Positions 29,387 to 39,683 of a DNA stretch of 64,000 bases are shown here, piece after piece. Every line of letters begins with the position of its first letter. Within the stretch, counting starts at the first letter, position 1. The stretch spans positions 48,057-112,056 of the forward strand of contig JACOUT010000009.1 in NCBI GenBank assembly GCA_016177705.1. The letters are read 5' to 3'. Origin of the DNA: Deltaproteobacteria bacterium. Its GTDB lineage: Bacteria > Myxococcota > UBA727 > VGSZ01. A program made the position numbers and the translations under genes. The notes under the pieces were generated by a model. It saw only the letters and a list, made by a program, of their open reading frames with translations, was not told the DNA's origin and did no database searches.

Positions 29387-31768
29387 CTATTCCACGTGGA
29401 TGTCGACGGGCGCGCTGCGCTTGCCGCCGGCGCGCGCCTCGATACGGTGCGCGCCGCGCTCGAGCGGCCAATGCGCTTCATAGGGGAACGCGACCGCGGC
29501 GAGCGCCACTCCGTCGACGTACCAAGTGAGCAACTCGCTCGGCGGATCCACCGCCGCGCTCAGTCTTAACGACTGGGTGGCGCGCTGGTAGCCCGGCTCG
29601 ACCAGGAAGCCCTCGCCGGTGCGCGGGTAGGTCACCGTCACCTGGTCGGCCACCGCGCCGTCGGCCGGGCACAAGGGCGAGTAACCCGAGGGCGGCGCCG
29701 CGCCGGCCTCGGCCTGCCACTTGGCATAGGTCGGCGGCAGCACCGCGAAGGTGCGCTCCACCACGTGGCGCGGCGGGCAGCCCGGGCCGGCGCGCAGCCC
29801 GTTGCGCGCGTCGACGGCGATGCGGCGATGCCAGGGGCACGCCTCGGTGGGCACGTCGCCGCTGCGCACGCGCACCGTGCGCCGGTGGGGGCAGTGCGGC
29901 TCGGGCAGGCGGCCGCTGACGGCGCACACCTCGACGTCGACCACACCGGCAGGTGGCTCGCGCCAGCGCGGTGGCCGCGAGGGGGGATGCAGCACGCGCA
30001 GCACCGAGGCGAGCAGCGGGCCGGCGCCGGCGGCGCCCGCGAGCCGATCCATGGGCCGGCCAGCCACGTCGCCGAACCACACCACCACGGTATGTTCGGG
30101 CGTGTAGCCGACCGCCCAACTGTCGCGGAAGCTCGTCGAGGTGCCGGTCTTGATGGCCACGGGGAAGCCGACCAACAACGCCGTGCGCTGCCCGAACGCC
30201 CGCATGCGCAGGTGCTCGTCCTTGAGCACGTGGGTCACCAGGTGCGCCACGTCCTCGTCGATGACGCGCGGGCCGTCGTCGCCGTGGTCGTCGGCGAGCG
30301 CCTGGGGACGACAAGCGCGGCCGCCGCGCGCCAACGCGGCGTAGGCGCCGGCCAGCTCGAGCGGCGTCACCTCGCCGTTGCCGAGCGTGAGGCCGAGGCC
30401 GTAGTGCCCCGCGTCCTTGTCGAGCGAGTCGATGCCGAGCGTGCGCAGCAGGGCCAGCAGGTCGTCGACGCCCACCTGCTGCGCCGCACGGATGGCCGGC
30501 ACGTTGAGCGAGCGGCCGAGCGCCTCGCCCATCAGCACCGGCCCGTCGAAGCGCTTGTCGTAGTTCTTGGGGGAAAACAGCGTGCCGTCTGCCTCTCCGT
30601 ACCGGGTCTCGACGTCGGCGACCACCGACGCGGGCGACAAGCCCTTTGCGAAGGCGAGCGCGTAGGTGAAGGGCTTGAGCGTGCTGCCCGGCTGCCGCCG
30701 CGCCAGCGCGCCATTGACCGAGCCGCCGTCGTCGTCCCAGTAGTCGAGCGAGCCGAGCAGCGCGCGCACCGTGCAGCGCTCGTTGTCGAGCACCACCACG
30801 GCCGCGTTCCTGGCACCTTGCGCGGCGATGCGCCGCGCGTGCTCGCGCGCCAGCGCCTCGACCTTGTCTTGCAGCACCGGATCGAGCGTCGTCGTCACCT
30901 CGGCCGGTGCGCTGCCGTCCTTCGCCACCTGCGCCAGCACCAGGTCGGTGAAGTGCAGCGCGCGCGGCGCCTCGCGGTCGGCGTCGAAGCGCAGCGGCTC
31001 GGCGAGCGCCGCCTCGCGCGTCGCGGCGTCGATGGCGCCGGTCTCGACCATGCGATCGAGCACCCGTCGCTGCCGGGCGCGCGCGGCGTCGGGCGCCTTG
31101 AGCGGGTTCTTCTGGGACGGCGCCTGAGGCAGCGCGGCCAAGAGCGCCGCCTGCGCCAGGCTCAGATTGACTGCAGGAGTGCCGAAGTATCGAAGCGACG
31201 CAGCCTCGACGCCGAGCGCGCCCGCGCCGTACGGGGCGCGGTTGAGGTAGTGCGTGAGAATGGCGTGCTTGTCGTGCGCGCGCTCGATGCGTCGCGCCGT
31301 CACCATCTCGGCGAGCTTGCCGGCGAGGGAGCGCGGCCGTGGCTCCACCAGCCCGGCGAGCTGCATGGTCAGGGTCGAGGCGCCCGACACCACGCGCCCC
31401 GCGCGCAGGTTCGACAGCGCCGCGCGCACCATCGCGATCCAGTCGACGCCGCCGTGCGAGAAGAAGCGCTCGTCCTCGATGGCGACGGTCGCGTCCACGA
31501 CGGCGGGCGCCACCTGGTCGAGCGACACGGCGCGCGCGCGCGCGCCGTCGGCGCCCACGGCCTCGCGCAGCAGCGAGCCGTCGGCGGCGAGCACCCGCGT
31601 CGACGAGGGCGGCCGCGACAGGTCGGGCGCGTCGCCCAGGCGCGCCGCCAGCTCCACGCCGCCCACCAGCACCAGCGCGGCGAGCGGCGGCGCGACGGCG
31701 CACAGCAGGGCCGCGACGCCCAGCCGACGTCGCCACGCGGCCCGGCGGGTGGGCGGCGAGCGCCTCAC
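29387..31768 (-). CDS. pbpC: penicillin-binding protein 1C (glycosyltransferase plus transpeptidase), PbpC-like
   Basis: GTG start overlapping the upstream stop (GTGA). TM helix. GT51 motif IEDERFFSHGGVD. Transpeptidase STLKPF and KTGTS. The Arg-rich 5' extension of the 1226-aa track ORF is not coding. Confidence 0.85.
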   Translation of the reverse strand: MRRSPPTRRAAWRRRLGVAALLCAVAPPLAALVLVGGVELAARLGDAPDLSRPPSSTRVLAADGSLLREAVGADGARARAVSLDQVAPAVVDATVAIEDERFFSHGGVDWIAMVRAALSNLRAGRVVSGASTLTMQLAGLVEPRPRSLAGKLAEMVTARRIERAHDKHAILTHYLNRAPYGAGALGVEAASLRYFGTPAVNLSLAQAALLAALPQAPSQKNPLKAPDAARARQRRVLDRMVETGAIDAATREAALAEPLRFDADREAPRALHFTDLVLAQVAKDGSAPAEVTTTLDPVLQDKVEALAREHARRIAAQGARNAAVVVLDNERCTVRALLGSLDYWDDDGGSVNGALARRQPGSTLKPFTYALAFAKGLSPASVVADVETRYGEADGTLFSPKNYDKRFDGPVLMGEALGRSLNVPAIRAAQQVGVDDLLALLRTLGIDSLDKDAGHYGLGLTLGNGEVTPLELAGAYAALARGGRACRPQALADDHGDDGPRVIDEDVAHLVTHVLKDEHLRMRAFGQRTALLVGFPVAIKTGTSTSFRDSWAVGYTPEHTVVVWFGDVAGRPMDRLAGAAGAGPLLASVLRVLHPPSRPPRWREPPAGVVDVEVCAVSGRLPEPHCPHRRTVRVRSGDVPTEACPWHRRIAVDARNGLRAGPGCPPRHVVERTFAVLPPTYAKWQAEAGAAPPSGYSPLCPADGAVADQVTVTYPRTGEGFLVEPGYQRATQSLRLSAAVDPPSELLTWYVDGVALAAVAFPYEAHWPLERGAHRIEARAGGKRSAPVDIHVE

Positions 31769-34700
31769 TTGACGTCGACCTCGTCGATGGCGGTCGAGGC
31801 GCTGCGCTCGGGCTGGTACATCGCCTCCACGCTCGCCGCCGGCCGCAGGAAGTGACCGGCCATGGTGGCGCGCGCCAGGTACACGAGCTCGTAGCGGCCG
31901 GGCGGCATGTCGTCGATGAAGAAGGCGACGCGGTGGTCGCGCATCTCGGTGTAGCTGAGCCGCTCGGTGGCGCGCTGCCGCTCGGGCGTGATGGCGCCGA
32001 GCGACAGCTTCTCGGTGGTGTCGAGCGCAAGGTTCATCGGCTCGAGCCCGGCGGGCAGCTTGTCGTCGATGGCGACGTAGTTGTTCTGATCCTTGGCCTC
32101 GACCGACAGCCGCACGCGCACCACCTGGCCGAGCGGCAGCAGCGTCGACAACGCCTTGCCTTCGAGCGTCTCGACGGTGCGCGCGATGGTGAAGCCGTTG
32201 CTGCGCGCCTTCTTGTTCTCGGGCGTCAACGCCGCTTCGTACTCGACGCGCACCCGCAGGTTGACCGGGCTCGGCTTCTTGCTGTCGATCACCACGTTGA
32301 TCTTGCCCGGCTTGTCGGCGCCGATCCCCAGCGCGGCCTCGTCGAGGCGGAGCCGGCGCGTGCGCGCGCTCGGCGCCTCGAGCTTGTTGGCGTCGATGGC
32401 GAAGCCGTTGACCATCAACGTCAAGGCCGGGCCGTCGCCGGGCGCCTCGGTGGCGCGCGCCATGGCGGCGATGCCCATCATGCCGAACACGTTCTCTTGC
32501 GTGTTGCCCCACATGCCGCCCTGCTGCCGGTGCAAGAAGCCCGTGACCAAGCGCCCGGCGATGTCCTGCCGCGGTGCGCCCGAGGCGAAGGCGAGCACCG
32601 CGCCCGCGTGGGTGCGCAGCGGCGAGTCCATCGAGTAGCCGCCGCGCGGCGCGCCCTCGTACCAGGCCTCGGCGTCGTTCTTGGCGGCGCGCTCGGCGAT
32701 GGCGGCGAGGATCGGCTCCTTGAGCGCGCGGTTGCCGCTGCCCTCCTCCACCGCAGTGGCGAGGAACGACAGGCCAAACGGCGTGAGCTTGTCGCGCTCG
32801 CGCCACAAGGTCTCCACCCAGGCGTGCTGCGGCCGGTTGAGACGGCCGAGCGTCATGACGAATAGCGCGCGCGTGTCGCCGTCGGCGATGCTGCCGTGGG
32901 GGATCTCCTCGGTGACGGTGCCCTTCTGCAGCGCACGCTCCAGGTAGTCGCCCATCTTCCGGAGCGCCTCGTCGGGCACGTCGTACTGGCCCTTGCGCTT
33001 GGCCTCGATCAACGCGGTCAGGCCGAAGGCGGTGGCGAAGGCATGCGGCTCGTCGCTGCCTGGCCAATAGGCGAGGCCGCCTTGCGTGGTCTGGAACGAC
33101 AGGATGCGCTTGATGCCGGCGTCACGGTACTTGCGCAGGTCCTCCTTGTTCACCTCGACGCCGATCTCGGGCAGCAGATCCTCGAGCAGCACCAGCGGGT
33201 AGGCGGTGGAGGTGGTCTGCTCGATGCAGCCGTTCGGGTAGCCCATCAGGTACTGAACTGCGCCACCAAGCTCGGTCAACATGGTCTGCGACGCCAGCAC
33301 CTCCACCTTGGTCGTGCCAAGGACGCGATCGCCCGGCACCTCGAGCATGGCACCGCCCCGGCCGGTGACGGACGCCGTCGCCACCAGCGTGCGGCGCGTG
33401 CCGGGGTTTCGGATCGGCACCTTCACGAGGACCGCGTCCTCGAGCTTGCCGAGCCGCGCCACCAGGCGCACCTCCGCCTCCGGGCCGTGGCCCGTCACCT
33501 CCACGTCCCATGCGGCCGCGCCCTGCTTGCCGTCCTCGACGCGCACGGTCGTCGCGGGCGGTCCGAGGCTCACGATCTTGAGGCCGTCGACGCGCGCGCC
33601 GAGCTCGACCTCACCGGCTGCGCCGGAGGCGTTGAAGGCAAGCGCCTCGATGCGCAGCTTGTCGCCGCGGTGGACGAAGCGCGGCGTCACGGCCTGCACC
33701 AACAGCGGCTTCTTGGCCACGAGCTTGACGTCGGCGGCGCCGGTGCGCGCGCCGGTGGCGACCACCACCGCCATGACGCGGTACGTCGTGACGTTGTCGG
33801 GCAGCGTGAAGCGGACGTCGGCGGCGCCGTCCTTCATCGACACCGCGGCGACGTAGTGGGCGGTGCTCTTGAACAGCGAGCGCACGTCGTCGGGGAAGTC
33901 GGCGAGCGACAGGCCGTCGCCGCCGTCGCCCGCGGGGAACAGGTTGTCGCGCCGTCCGCGCATGGCGAACAGCGTCTCGAGGCGCGACTCGCCGGTACGC
34001 ACGCCGAGCGGCCGCTCCCTGTGCAACAGCGCTACCGGATCGGGCGTCTGGTAGCCGGTGAGGCCGAGCACCGCCTCGTCGACGACCATCACGGTCGCCT
34101 GGGCGCTTGGCGGTACCGCCCCGGTGTGATCGCGCGCCTCGAGGTGAACGGTGACCTGCCCGCCCGGGTTGGCGACGGCGCGGTCCGTCGACACCGACAC
34201 CGCCAGGCGCCGCTCCTTGGGCTCGACCCGCAGCATGGTGGCGCCGAGGCGCATGGCGGGCGCGCCCGTGTCGAAGCCGCTCGCGTCCTTGGCGCCGTGC
34301 ACGCGGCCGCGCAGCAGCACCACCGAGGCGTACGCGTTCGGCGCGTGCTGCGCGCCGAGCGCGACGCTCAAGGCCGGCGTCGCCCGGTCGAGCTGCACCA
34401 CCCGGTGCTCGAGCACGCCCGCGTGCTCGACGGTGAGGAGCGCGGTGGCCGTCTCGAAGGGGCTCGCCACCACCAGCTTGGCGGTGTCTCCGGGCCCGTA
34501 GGCGGGCTTGTCGGCGATCAGCTCGACGCGCTCCTGGTCGAAGCGCGGCCACGCCGCCACGCCGTTGCCCGACGCCGTGAAGGAGAAGCCGGTCTGTACG
34601 TCGTTGCCGTCTTGGTCGCGCCCCCATGCCCGCACGCGGTAGCGCCCCGGCGCCGGCACGGTGAAGCGGCATGGCACAGCGCCGGCGGTGGTGGTCACGG

Positions 34701-37467
34701 TGCAGACCTCGCCGGCGACCACGACGTCGTGGCCCTCGAGCTGCACGCCGCCGGCAGCGGCGCGCGCGGTGGTGTGCGCGTCGATGCGCTCGAGCCGCGC
34801 GCGCACCCGGATCCCCGGCAGCACGGTTTGGTCCTCGCTTGCCACCGTGATCAGCGGCACCTCGAGCGTCTCGCCGACGCCGATGACCGCGCGCGGCGGC
34901 GCCTTGATGCCGAGCGCGAAGCGCGCCGGATGCACCACGCGGCTGAGGCGGCCGGCGTACGCCTGCCGATCGACGTCAGTGACGACGGCCTCCACCGTGT
35001 AGCGCACCGCGCCCACACCGGCGGCGCGATCGAGCGGCAGCTCGACGCCGTACAGGCCGAGGCCGTCGAGGCGCGCGGCGGCGTCGATGACGTCGGCGGC
35101 CGGCGCGGCGGCGGCGTCGAGCGCGAAGGTGAAGCCGGGGAATTGCGCCGGCGCGAAGGGCTCGGGCGCGCGCGTCACGCGCACCTTCACCGGGCGGCCC
35201 GAGAGCGCGCCGCCGTGCAGGTAGTTGGCGCTCACGCGCGCGCTCGCCTGGCGCCCCATCCCCCATCGCGCGTGCGCGTCGGGCGCGGTCACCTTGACCG
35301 CGAAGGTGGGAACGCGGAACTCCTCGACGCGGAAGGTGGTGCCGACGCCGCGGCCGTCGAGCGTCGCGCGCGCCGACCACTCGCCGACGTCGGCGCCGTC
35401 CTTGAGCGCCAGCTCGGCGTGCGCGCTGCCGAAGGCGTCGAGCGCCAACGCCTTGTCGAGCAGCTGCTGCCCGCGCGGATCGGTGACCACCAGCGCCACC
35501 TTCTTGCCGGCCGGCACCGCCGGCATCGTGTCGTCGATGCCGACGATGACCTTGAGCTGCACGCGCTCGCCCGGCCGATAGGCGCCGCGCTCGGTGAAGA
35601 GCGCCGCCGGCAGCGGCAGCGGACCGCGCGCGCTCGGCAGGCCGAACAGCCAGGGCTCGGCGAGCCGGCCGGGGCCGAGCTCGGCCACCGCGCGGTCGTT
35701 GTCGGTGCGCGCGGCAACGTATGCGCGCTTGTCGGTACCGAGCCCGGCGGCGATGCCGCCGAGCTCGAGCCGCACCGTGCCGTCGGCGGCGCTGGTGCCG
35801 CCGGCGAGACGCTCGCCGCGCTCGTCGAACAGCTCCACCACCGCGCCCGCCACCGGCTGCGCGTTCGACAGCTTGGTCACCCACACGAGCGCACCGCCCT
35901 CGAAGAGCTTGGTGGTGACGCCGAGGTCGGTGATCTGCAGCGGCATGGTCGACGCCACCACGCCGTTCGCCTCGCTGCCGGTTCCTGGCGCCTCGAGGCG
36001 CAAGCAGAACAGCCCGCCCTGCGTGCCCGCGGCCGCGCCGACGTCGACGTCGAGCGAGACCGGCTCGTTTGGCCGGCTCGGCGGCGGCGGCATCGACGAC
36101 ACCGTGGCGCCGGCGCCCGCGTTGCGCGTGGCGCAGCGCTCCTTCTGCGAGGTGATCCAGGCCCGCGCGTCGGTGAGCCGCTCGAGCCGCGCCGACAACG
36201 GGCCGACGTTGCGCGCGCGCACCGGCAGCAGCGCACGGCCGCGCTCGACGACGACGGACGCCTGCGCGAGCGCGAGCATCGGCGGCAGATCCTGGGTGGT
36301 GAAGCGCAGCACCTCGGCCGCCGCGATGGGGTTGCCGAAGATGTCGGTGAGCCCGCGCGTGGTCGTGACCGTGTAGCTGGTGCCGGGCGCCAGCTCGAGG
36401 CGCACCAGGGCCTCGCGCCACGCGCTCACCGCCATGTCCTTCGGCGCCGGCTCGATGGTGAGGTGCTTCTTGACGAGCGCCGCCGACACCGGCGTCTGAA
36501 ACGACAGCGTGAGCACGGTCGAGAGCGGCACGCGCTTGGCGTCGGTGCCGTCGGGCAGACGCGCGCCAGCGAGCGTGGTCTCGCGCTGCACCACCAGCTC
36601 CTGCACGGCGGTACCGCGCTGCTCGCCCTGCCAGCTCGGCAGCGTCAGCTCCAAGGCGTCGCCGGTGGCGGTGGCCGCCAGGTCGACCACGAGCGCCACC
36701 ACGTGCCGAACGTCCACCGGCATCTCGGTCACCTGCAACACGTCGGTCGGCCGCGTGGCCTTCAGCGACAGCGCCTTGCCGTTCACCTGCGCCCGCGCGT
36801 CCTTGCCGATGACGACGGCGTCGACGGGCTGGTCGTAGAGCGCCAGCACGGCGCCGGTGCCGATCTGGTTCGCGAAGTCGTTGAGCAGCGCGACGAAGCG
36901 GGGCTTGCCGGGATCCGTCGGCCACTCGGCCACCTTGCCCGCGGCGCGGAAGGTCGGCGCGGTCACCGGCAAGAGCCCGCGCGCCTGCTCCCTGCCGTCG
37001 AGCGCCACCAGCGGCCCCACGTCGAGCGTCACCTGGTGGCCCCAGGGAAGCGCCCCCGCGGCCGGCGTCCAGGTGAGCGTGCGGTCGCTGGTCCACTTGG
37101 CCGTGCCCGCTCGTGTGGGCGTGGTGCGCACCGCCGGCGGCGGCGCCTTGGCGTGGTCACGCACCATCGCCACCGGGAAGGCGAGCTCGATCACGCAGTC
37201 CGCGCTCTCACACCCCGACAGGATGCGCGGCCACGGCGCCTCGTCGACGCGGGCCTGGTCGTCGCCGTCGGCGCCGTGGGCGACCGCGGGTGCCGCCTGG
37301 TGATCGGCGAACGGCGGCGGCTCCGCGGGCGGCTCGGCGCTCTGCCCGATGGCGACGCCGCCGTCAGCGGCGGTGTCGGGGGTGGGCGAGCAGCGGCACC
37401 CGCCGTTGGCGAAGGCGACGGCGAGCGCGAGCGTGGCGAGAGCTGACGATGCGGGCGATCGAGCCAT
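31765..37467 (-). CDS. bacterial alpha-2-macroglobulin (YfhM-like) lipoprotein with a thioester motif
   Basis: About 1900 aa from the internal ATG (MARSPASSALATLALAVAFANGGC lipobox). CIEQ thioester in GYPNGCIEQTTSTAYPL. Conserved pairing with pbpC downstream. Confidence 0.85.
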   Translation of the reverse strand: MARSPASSALATLALAVAFANGGCRCSPTPDTAADGGVAIGQSAEPPAEPPPFADHQAAPAVAHGADGDDQARVDEAPWPRILSGCESADCVIELAFPVAMVRDHAKAPPPAVRTTPTRAGTAKWTSDRTLTWTPAAGALPWGHQVTLDVGPLVALDGREQARGLLPVTAPTFRAAGKVAEWPTDPGKPRFVALLNDFANQIGTGAVLALYDQPVDAVVIGKDARAQVNGKALSLKATRPTDVLQVTEMPVDVRHVVALVVDLAATATGDALELTLPSWQGEQRGTAVQELVVQRETTLAGARLPDGTDAKRVPLSTVLTLSFQTPVSAALVKKHLTIEPAPKDMAVSAWREALVRLELAPGTSYTVTTTRGLTDIFGNPIAAAEVLRFTTQDLPPMLALAQASVVVERGRALLPVRARNVGPLSARLERLTDARAWITSQKERCATRNAGAGATVSSMPPPPSRPNEPVSLDVDVGAAAGTQGGLFCLRLEAPGTGSEANGVVASTMPLQITDLGVTTKLFEGGALVWVTKLSNAQPVAGAVVELFDERGERLAGGTSAADGTVRLELGGIAAGLGTDKRAYVAARTDNDRAVAELGPGRLAEPWLFGLPSARGPLPLPAALFTERGAYRPGERVQLKVIVGIDDTMPAVPAGKKVALVVTDPRGQQLLDKALALDAFGSAHAELALKDGADVGEWSARATLDGRGVGTTFRVEEFRVPTFAVKVTAPDAHARWGMGRQASARVSANYLHGGALSGRPVKVRVTRAPEPFAPAQFPGFTFALDAAAAPAADVIDAAARLDGLGLYGVELPLDRAAGVGAVRYTVEAVVTDVDRQAYAGRLSRVVHPARFALGIKAPPRAVIGVGETLEVPLITVASEDQTVLPGIRVRARLERIDAHTTARAAAGGVQLEGHDVVVAGEVCTVTTTAGAVPCRFTVPAPGRYRVRAWGRDQDGNDVQTGFSFTASGNGVAAWPRFDQERVELIADKPAYGPGDTAKLVVASPFETATALLTVEHAGVLEHRVVQLDRATPALSVALGAQHAPNAYASVVLLRGRVHGAKDASGFDTGAPAMRLGATMLRVEPKERRLAVSVSTDRAVANPGGQVTVHLEARDHTGAVPPSAQATVMVVDEAVLGLTGYQTPDPVALLHRERPLGVRTGESRLETLFAMRGRRDNLFPAGDGGDGLSLADFPDDVRSLFKSTAHYVAAVSMKDGAADVRFTLPDNVTTYRVMAVVVATGARTGAADVKLVAKKPLLVQAVTPRFVHRGDKLRIEALAFNASGAAGEVELGARVDGLKIVSLGPPATTVRVEDGKQGAAAWDVEVTGHGPEAEVRLVARLGKLEDAVLVKVPIRNPGTRRTLVATASVTGRGGAMLEVPGDRVLGTTKVEVLASQTMLTELGGAVQYLMGYPNGCIEQTTSTAYPLVLLEDLLPEIGVEVNKEDLRKYRDAGIKRILSFQTTQGGLAYWPGSDEPHAFATAFGLTALIEAKRKGQYDVPDEALRKMGDYLERALQKGTVTEEIPHGSIADGDTRALFVMTLGRLNRPQHAWVETLWRERDKLTPFGLSFLATAVEEGSGNRALKEPILAAIAERAAKNDAEAWYEGAPRGGYSMDSPLRTHAGAVLAFASGAPRQDIAGRLVTGFLHRQQGGMWGNTQENVFGMMGIAAMARATEAPGDGPALTLMVNGFAIDANKLEAPSARTRRLRLDEAALGIGADKPGKINVVIDSKKPSPVNLRVRVEYEAALTPENKKARSNGFTIARTVETLEGKALSTLLPLGQVVRVRLSVEAKDQNNYVAIDDKLPAGLEPMNLALDTTEKLSLGAITPERQRATERLSYTEMRDHRVAFFIDDMPPGRYELVYLARATMAGHFLRPAASVEAMYQPERSASTAIDEVDVK

Positions 37468-37715
37468 GAAGACCTCCGACGCGGCACAGCGTCGACGAGA
37501 CCGGTGGGCGCGCGCAAGGCGCATATGCACGGCCGTTGCACGGCCCGTGCACAGCCCGAGCGCAGCCATTGCGCAGCGGGAAGCGCCTCGCGCCGGTGGC
37601 GCACGTCGTCGCTGTGGCCGCCGGGACACGACCGCTGATGCCGCACGGACACCTCGGGCGTTGATGGCACCGACGGTTGCCGCGCCGCGCCAGCGGTGCC
37701 AGCGTCAGCGCCCGC

Positions 37716-38723
37716 ATGAAGGCCCTCGTCACCGGCGCCGCCGGGCACCTCGGCACCGCGCTCACCGAGCTGTTGGTCGCCCGCGGCCATCAGGTGCGCG
37801 CCGCGGTGCGCGGCAGCGGCGACGCCGTGAAGTCCGGGCCGCTGAAGAAGCTCGGCGTCGAGGTGGTCGAGGCCGACATCCTCGACGCCGCGGCCATGGA
37901 GCGGGCCGCCGAGGGCATGGACGCGCTCTTTCACCTCGCGGCGGTCTTTCGCTTCGTCGCCGACGACGCCGAGGCGATCATTCGGCCGGCGGTGCAGGGG
38001 GCGGAGCACGCGCTGCGCGCCGCCAAGAAGGCTGGCATCCGACGCGTCGTCCTCACCTCGAGCGCCGTGGCGATCGGCACGCGCGCCCTGCCCGATCGGC
38101 CGCTCGACGAGCGCGACTGGAACGACGCCGCCACCAACGCCTACGGCCGCGCCAAGACCCTGGCCGAGCGCCGCGCGTGGCAGCTCGCCAAGGAGCTCGG
38201 CGTCGACCTGGTCTGCATCAACCCGACCTGTCTGCTCGGGCCGGGTTTCACGCGACACACACCCATCACCTACCCGATCGGGCAATGGGTGTTCGGCGAG
38301 GCGCCCGTGACGGTGCCGATGGGTGCCGACTACGTCGACACGCGGGACGTCGCGGCCGCGCACCTCGCCGCCTTCGAGACCGCGAGCGCGTCGGGCCGCT
38401 ACCTCGTAAGCGGCGTGCGCAAGCAGGCCATCGAGGTGGCGCGCGAGCTGCGTGCGCTGCGGCCGCAGACCAAACCGGCGCGCTACGAGCTGCCAAAGGC
38501 GCTGCTGCCGGTCGCGCGCGCTGCGGACTGGCTCCTGAGCAAGACCGGCAAGGTGCCGCAGCAGCTCTCGCACGACATGCTGGCGGACTACCTCGACGAC
38601 ACGGTCGAGTACTCGAGCGCGCGCGCCGCCGCCGAGCTCGGCTGGCGCGCGCGGCCCTTCGCCGAGTCGCTTACCGACACAGCCGACTGGATCCTGGCGA
38701 ACCGCCCGGCGCCGTATTCCTGA
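37716..38723 (+). CDS. NAD-dependent epimerase/dehydratase (extended SDR) family protein
   Basis: MKALVTGAAGHLGTALTELLVARGHQV Rossmann N-terminus and a YGRAK catalytic motif. Confidence 0.8.
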   Translation: MKALVTGAAGHLGTALTELLVARGHQVRAAVRGSGDAVKSGPLKKLGVEVVEADILDAAAMERAAEGMDALFHLAAVFRFVADDAEAIIRPAVQGAEHALRAAKKAGIRRVVLTSSAVAIGTRALPDRPLDERDWNDAATNAYGRAKTLAERRAWQLAKELGVDLVCINPTCLLGPGFTRHTPITYPIGQWVFGEAPVTVPMGADYVDTRDVAAAHLAAFETASASGRYLVSGVRKQAIEVARELRALRPQTKPARYELPKALLPVARAADWLLSKTGKVPQQLSHDMLADYLDDTVEYSSARAAAELGWRARPFAESLTDTADWILANRPAPYS

Positions 38724-38739
38724 GGAGCCCGCGCTGCGG

Positions 38740-39480
38740 TCAGCGTCCGAGCGTCGCGAACACGGCGGCGAAGTGCAGGCCGCTGCCCGCCAGCACGAAG
38801 GCGTGCCACACCGAGTGCATCCACTTCTTCTGCTGCACGTAGAAGGCGACGCCGACGGTGTAGGCGAGGCCGCCCGCGAGCACGAGCGCGAAGTCCGGAC
38901 CGGGCAGGCTGTCGACGAGCGGCTTGGCCGCGAGCAGCACGCACCAGCCCATCAGCAGGTAGAGCACCAGCGACAGCCGCTCGTAGCGGCGCATCGAGAG
39001 CGCCGTCTCGGTGCCCTGCAGCGAGCGCACCGTGATGTAGAGCCCGATGGCGGCGAGCGCCCAGATCAAGCCGAACAGCCGCCCGCCCCACGGCTCGGGC
39101 AGCGCGAACAGCGTGAACGGCGTGTAGGTGCCGGCGATCAGGAGGTAGATGGCGCCGTGATCGCAGCGCTGCAGGATGCGCTTGGCCCGCACCAAGGTCG
39201 CCGGCATCGCGTGATAGACGGTCGACGCGAGGTAGAGCAGCAGCAGCGTCGTGCCATAGACCGCGCAGCCGACGAGGTGGACCGGCGAGCCGGTGGTGGC
39301 GGCGGTCAGCACCAGCACCACCAGGCCCGCGACCGACAAGAGCGCGCCGATGCCGTGGGTCACCGCGTGGGCGATCTCCTCGCCGACTGTCACCGCCCAG
39401 GCGCCCTTCGGAGCGGGCGCGGCGGAGGAATCGGCGTGGGCGGCCTTCGACATGAGGACATCGTGCGCGCCGCGCATCAC
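38740..39480 (-). CDS. hemolysin III / PAQR family membrane protein
   Basis: Seven-TM pattern. The conserved Y.H motif (LYLASTVYHAMP) and a C-terminal H…H motif. The start may be the internal Met at 39453. Confidence 0.75.
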   Translation of the reverse strand: MMRGAHDVLMSKAAHADSSAAPAPKGAWAVTVGEEIAHAVTHGIGALLSVAGLVVLVLTAATTGSPVHLVGCAVYGTTLLLLYLASTVYHAMPATLVRAKRILQRCDHGAIYLLIAGTYTPFTLFALPEPWGGRLFGLIWALAAIGLYITVRSLQGTETALSMRRYERLSLVLYLLMGWCVLLAAKPLVDSLPGPDFALVLAGGLAYTVGVAFYVQQKKWMHSVWHAFVLAGSGLHFAAVFATLGR

Positions 39481-39683
39481 GGCCCGGTCACGCCGCCCAA
39501 AGTGTCTCGATCTGGCTTGTTCCAGGGATCACATCTGCGGCGGCGGCGACTCGCGGCCGCGACCGATCGAGGCCCGCCCGCTGTTCGGGGCCGCTTCGGT
39601 GTGGCATGCGGCGGGCGTCACGTCGGTGTCCGTGCGTCGGTGCTGGGGAACGCCGCGCCCAAGCCAGGCGGTCCGGAAGGTCC

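Noticed and set aside
29387-33067. 1226-aa ORF suggesting a giant PBP
   Set aside because: Only the 3' 794 codons (29387..31768) encode PbpC, with a GTG start overlapping the A2M stop. The upstream portion is the A2M gene read in another frame.
31765-37629. N-terminal 54 codons of the 1954-aa ORF
   Set aside because: They are Arg-rich with no signal peptide. The internal ATG at 37467 gives a proper lipoprotein signal (…AFANGGC).
37677-39480. Epimerase, hemolysin-III and the distant MMPL gene as a hopanoid (hpnA/hpnN) cluster
   Set aside because: No squalene-hopene cyclase or hpn core genes are in the window. The genes are not contiguous, so the evidence is insufficient.
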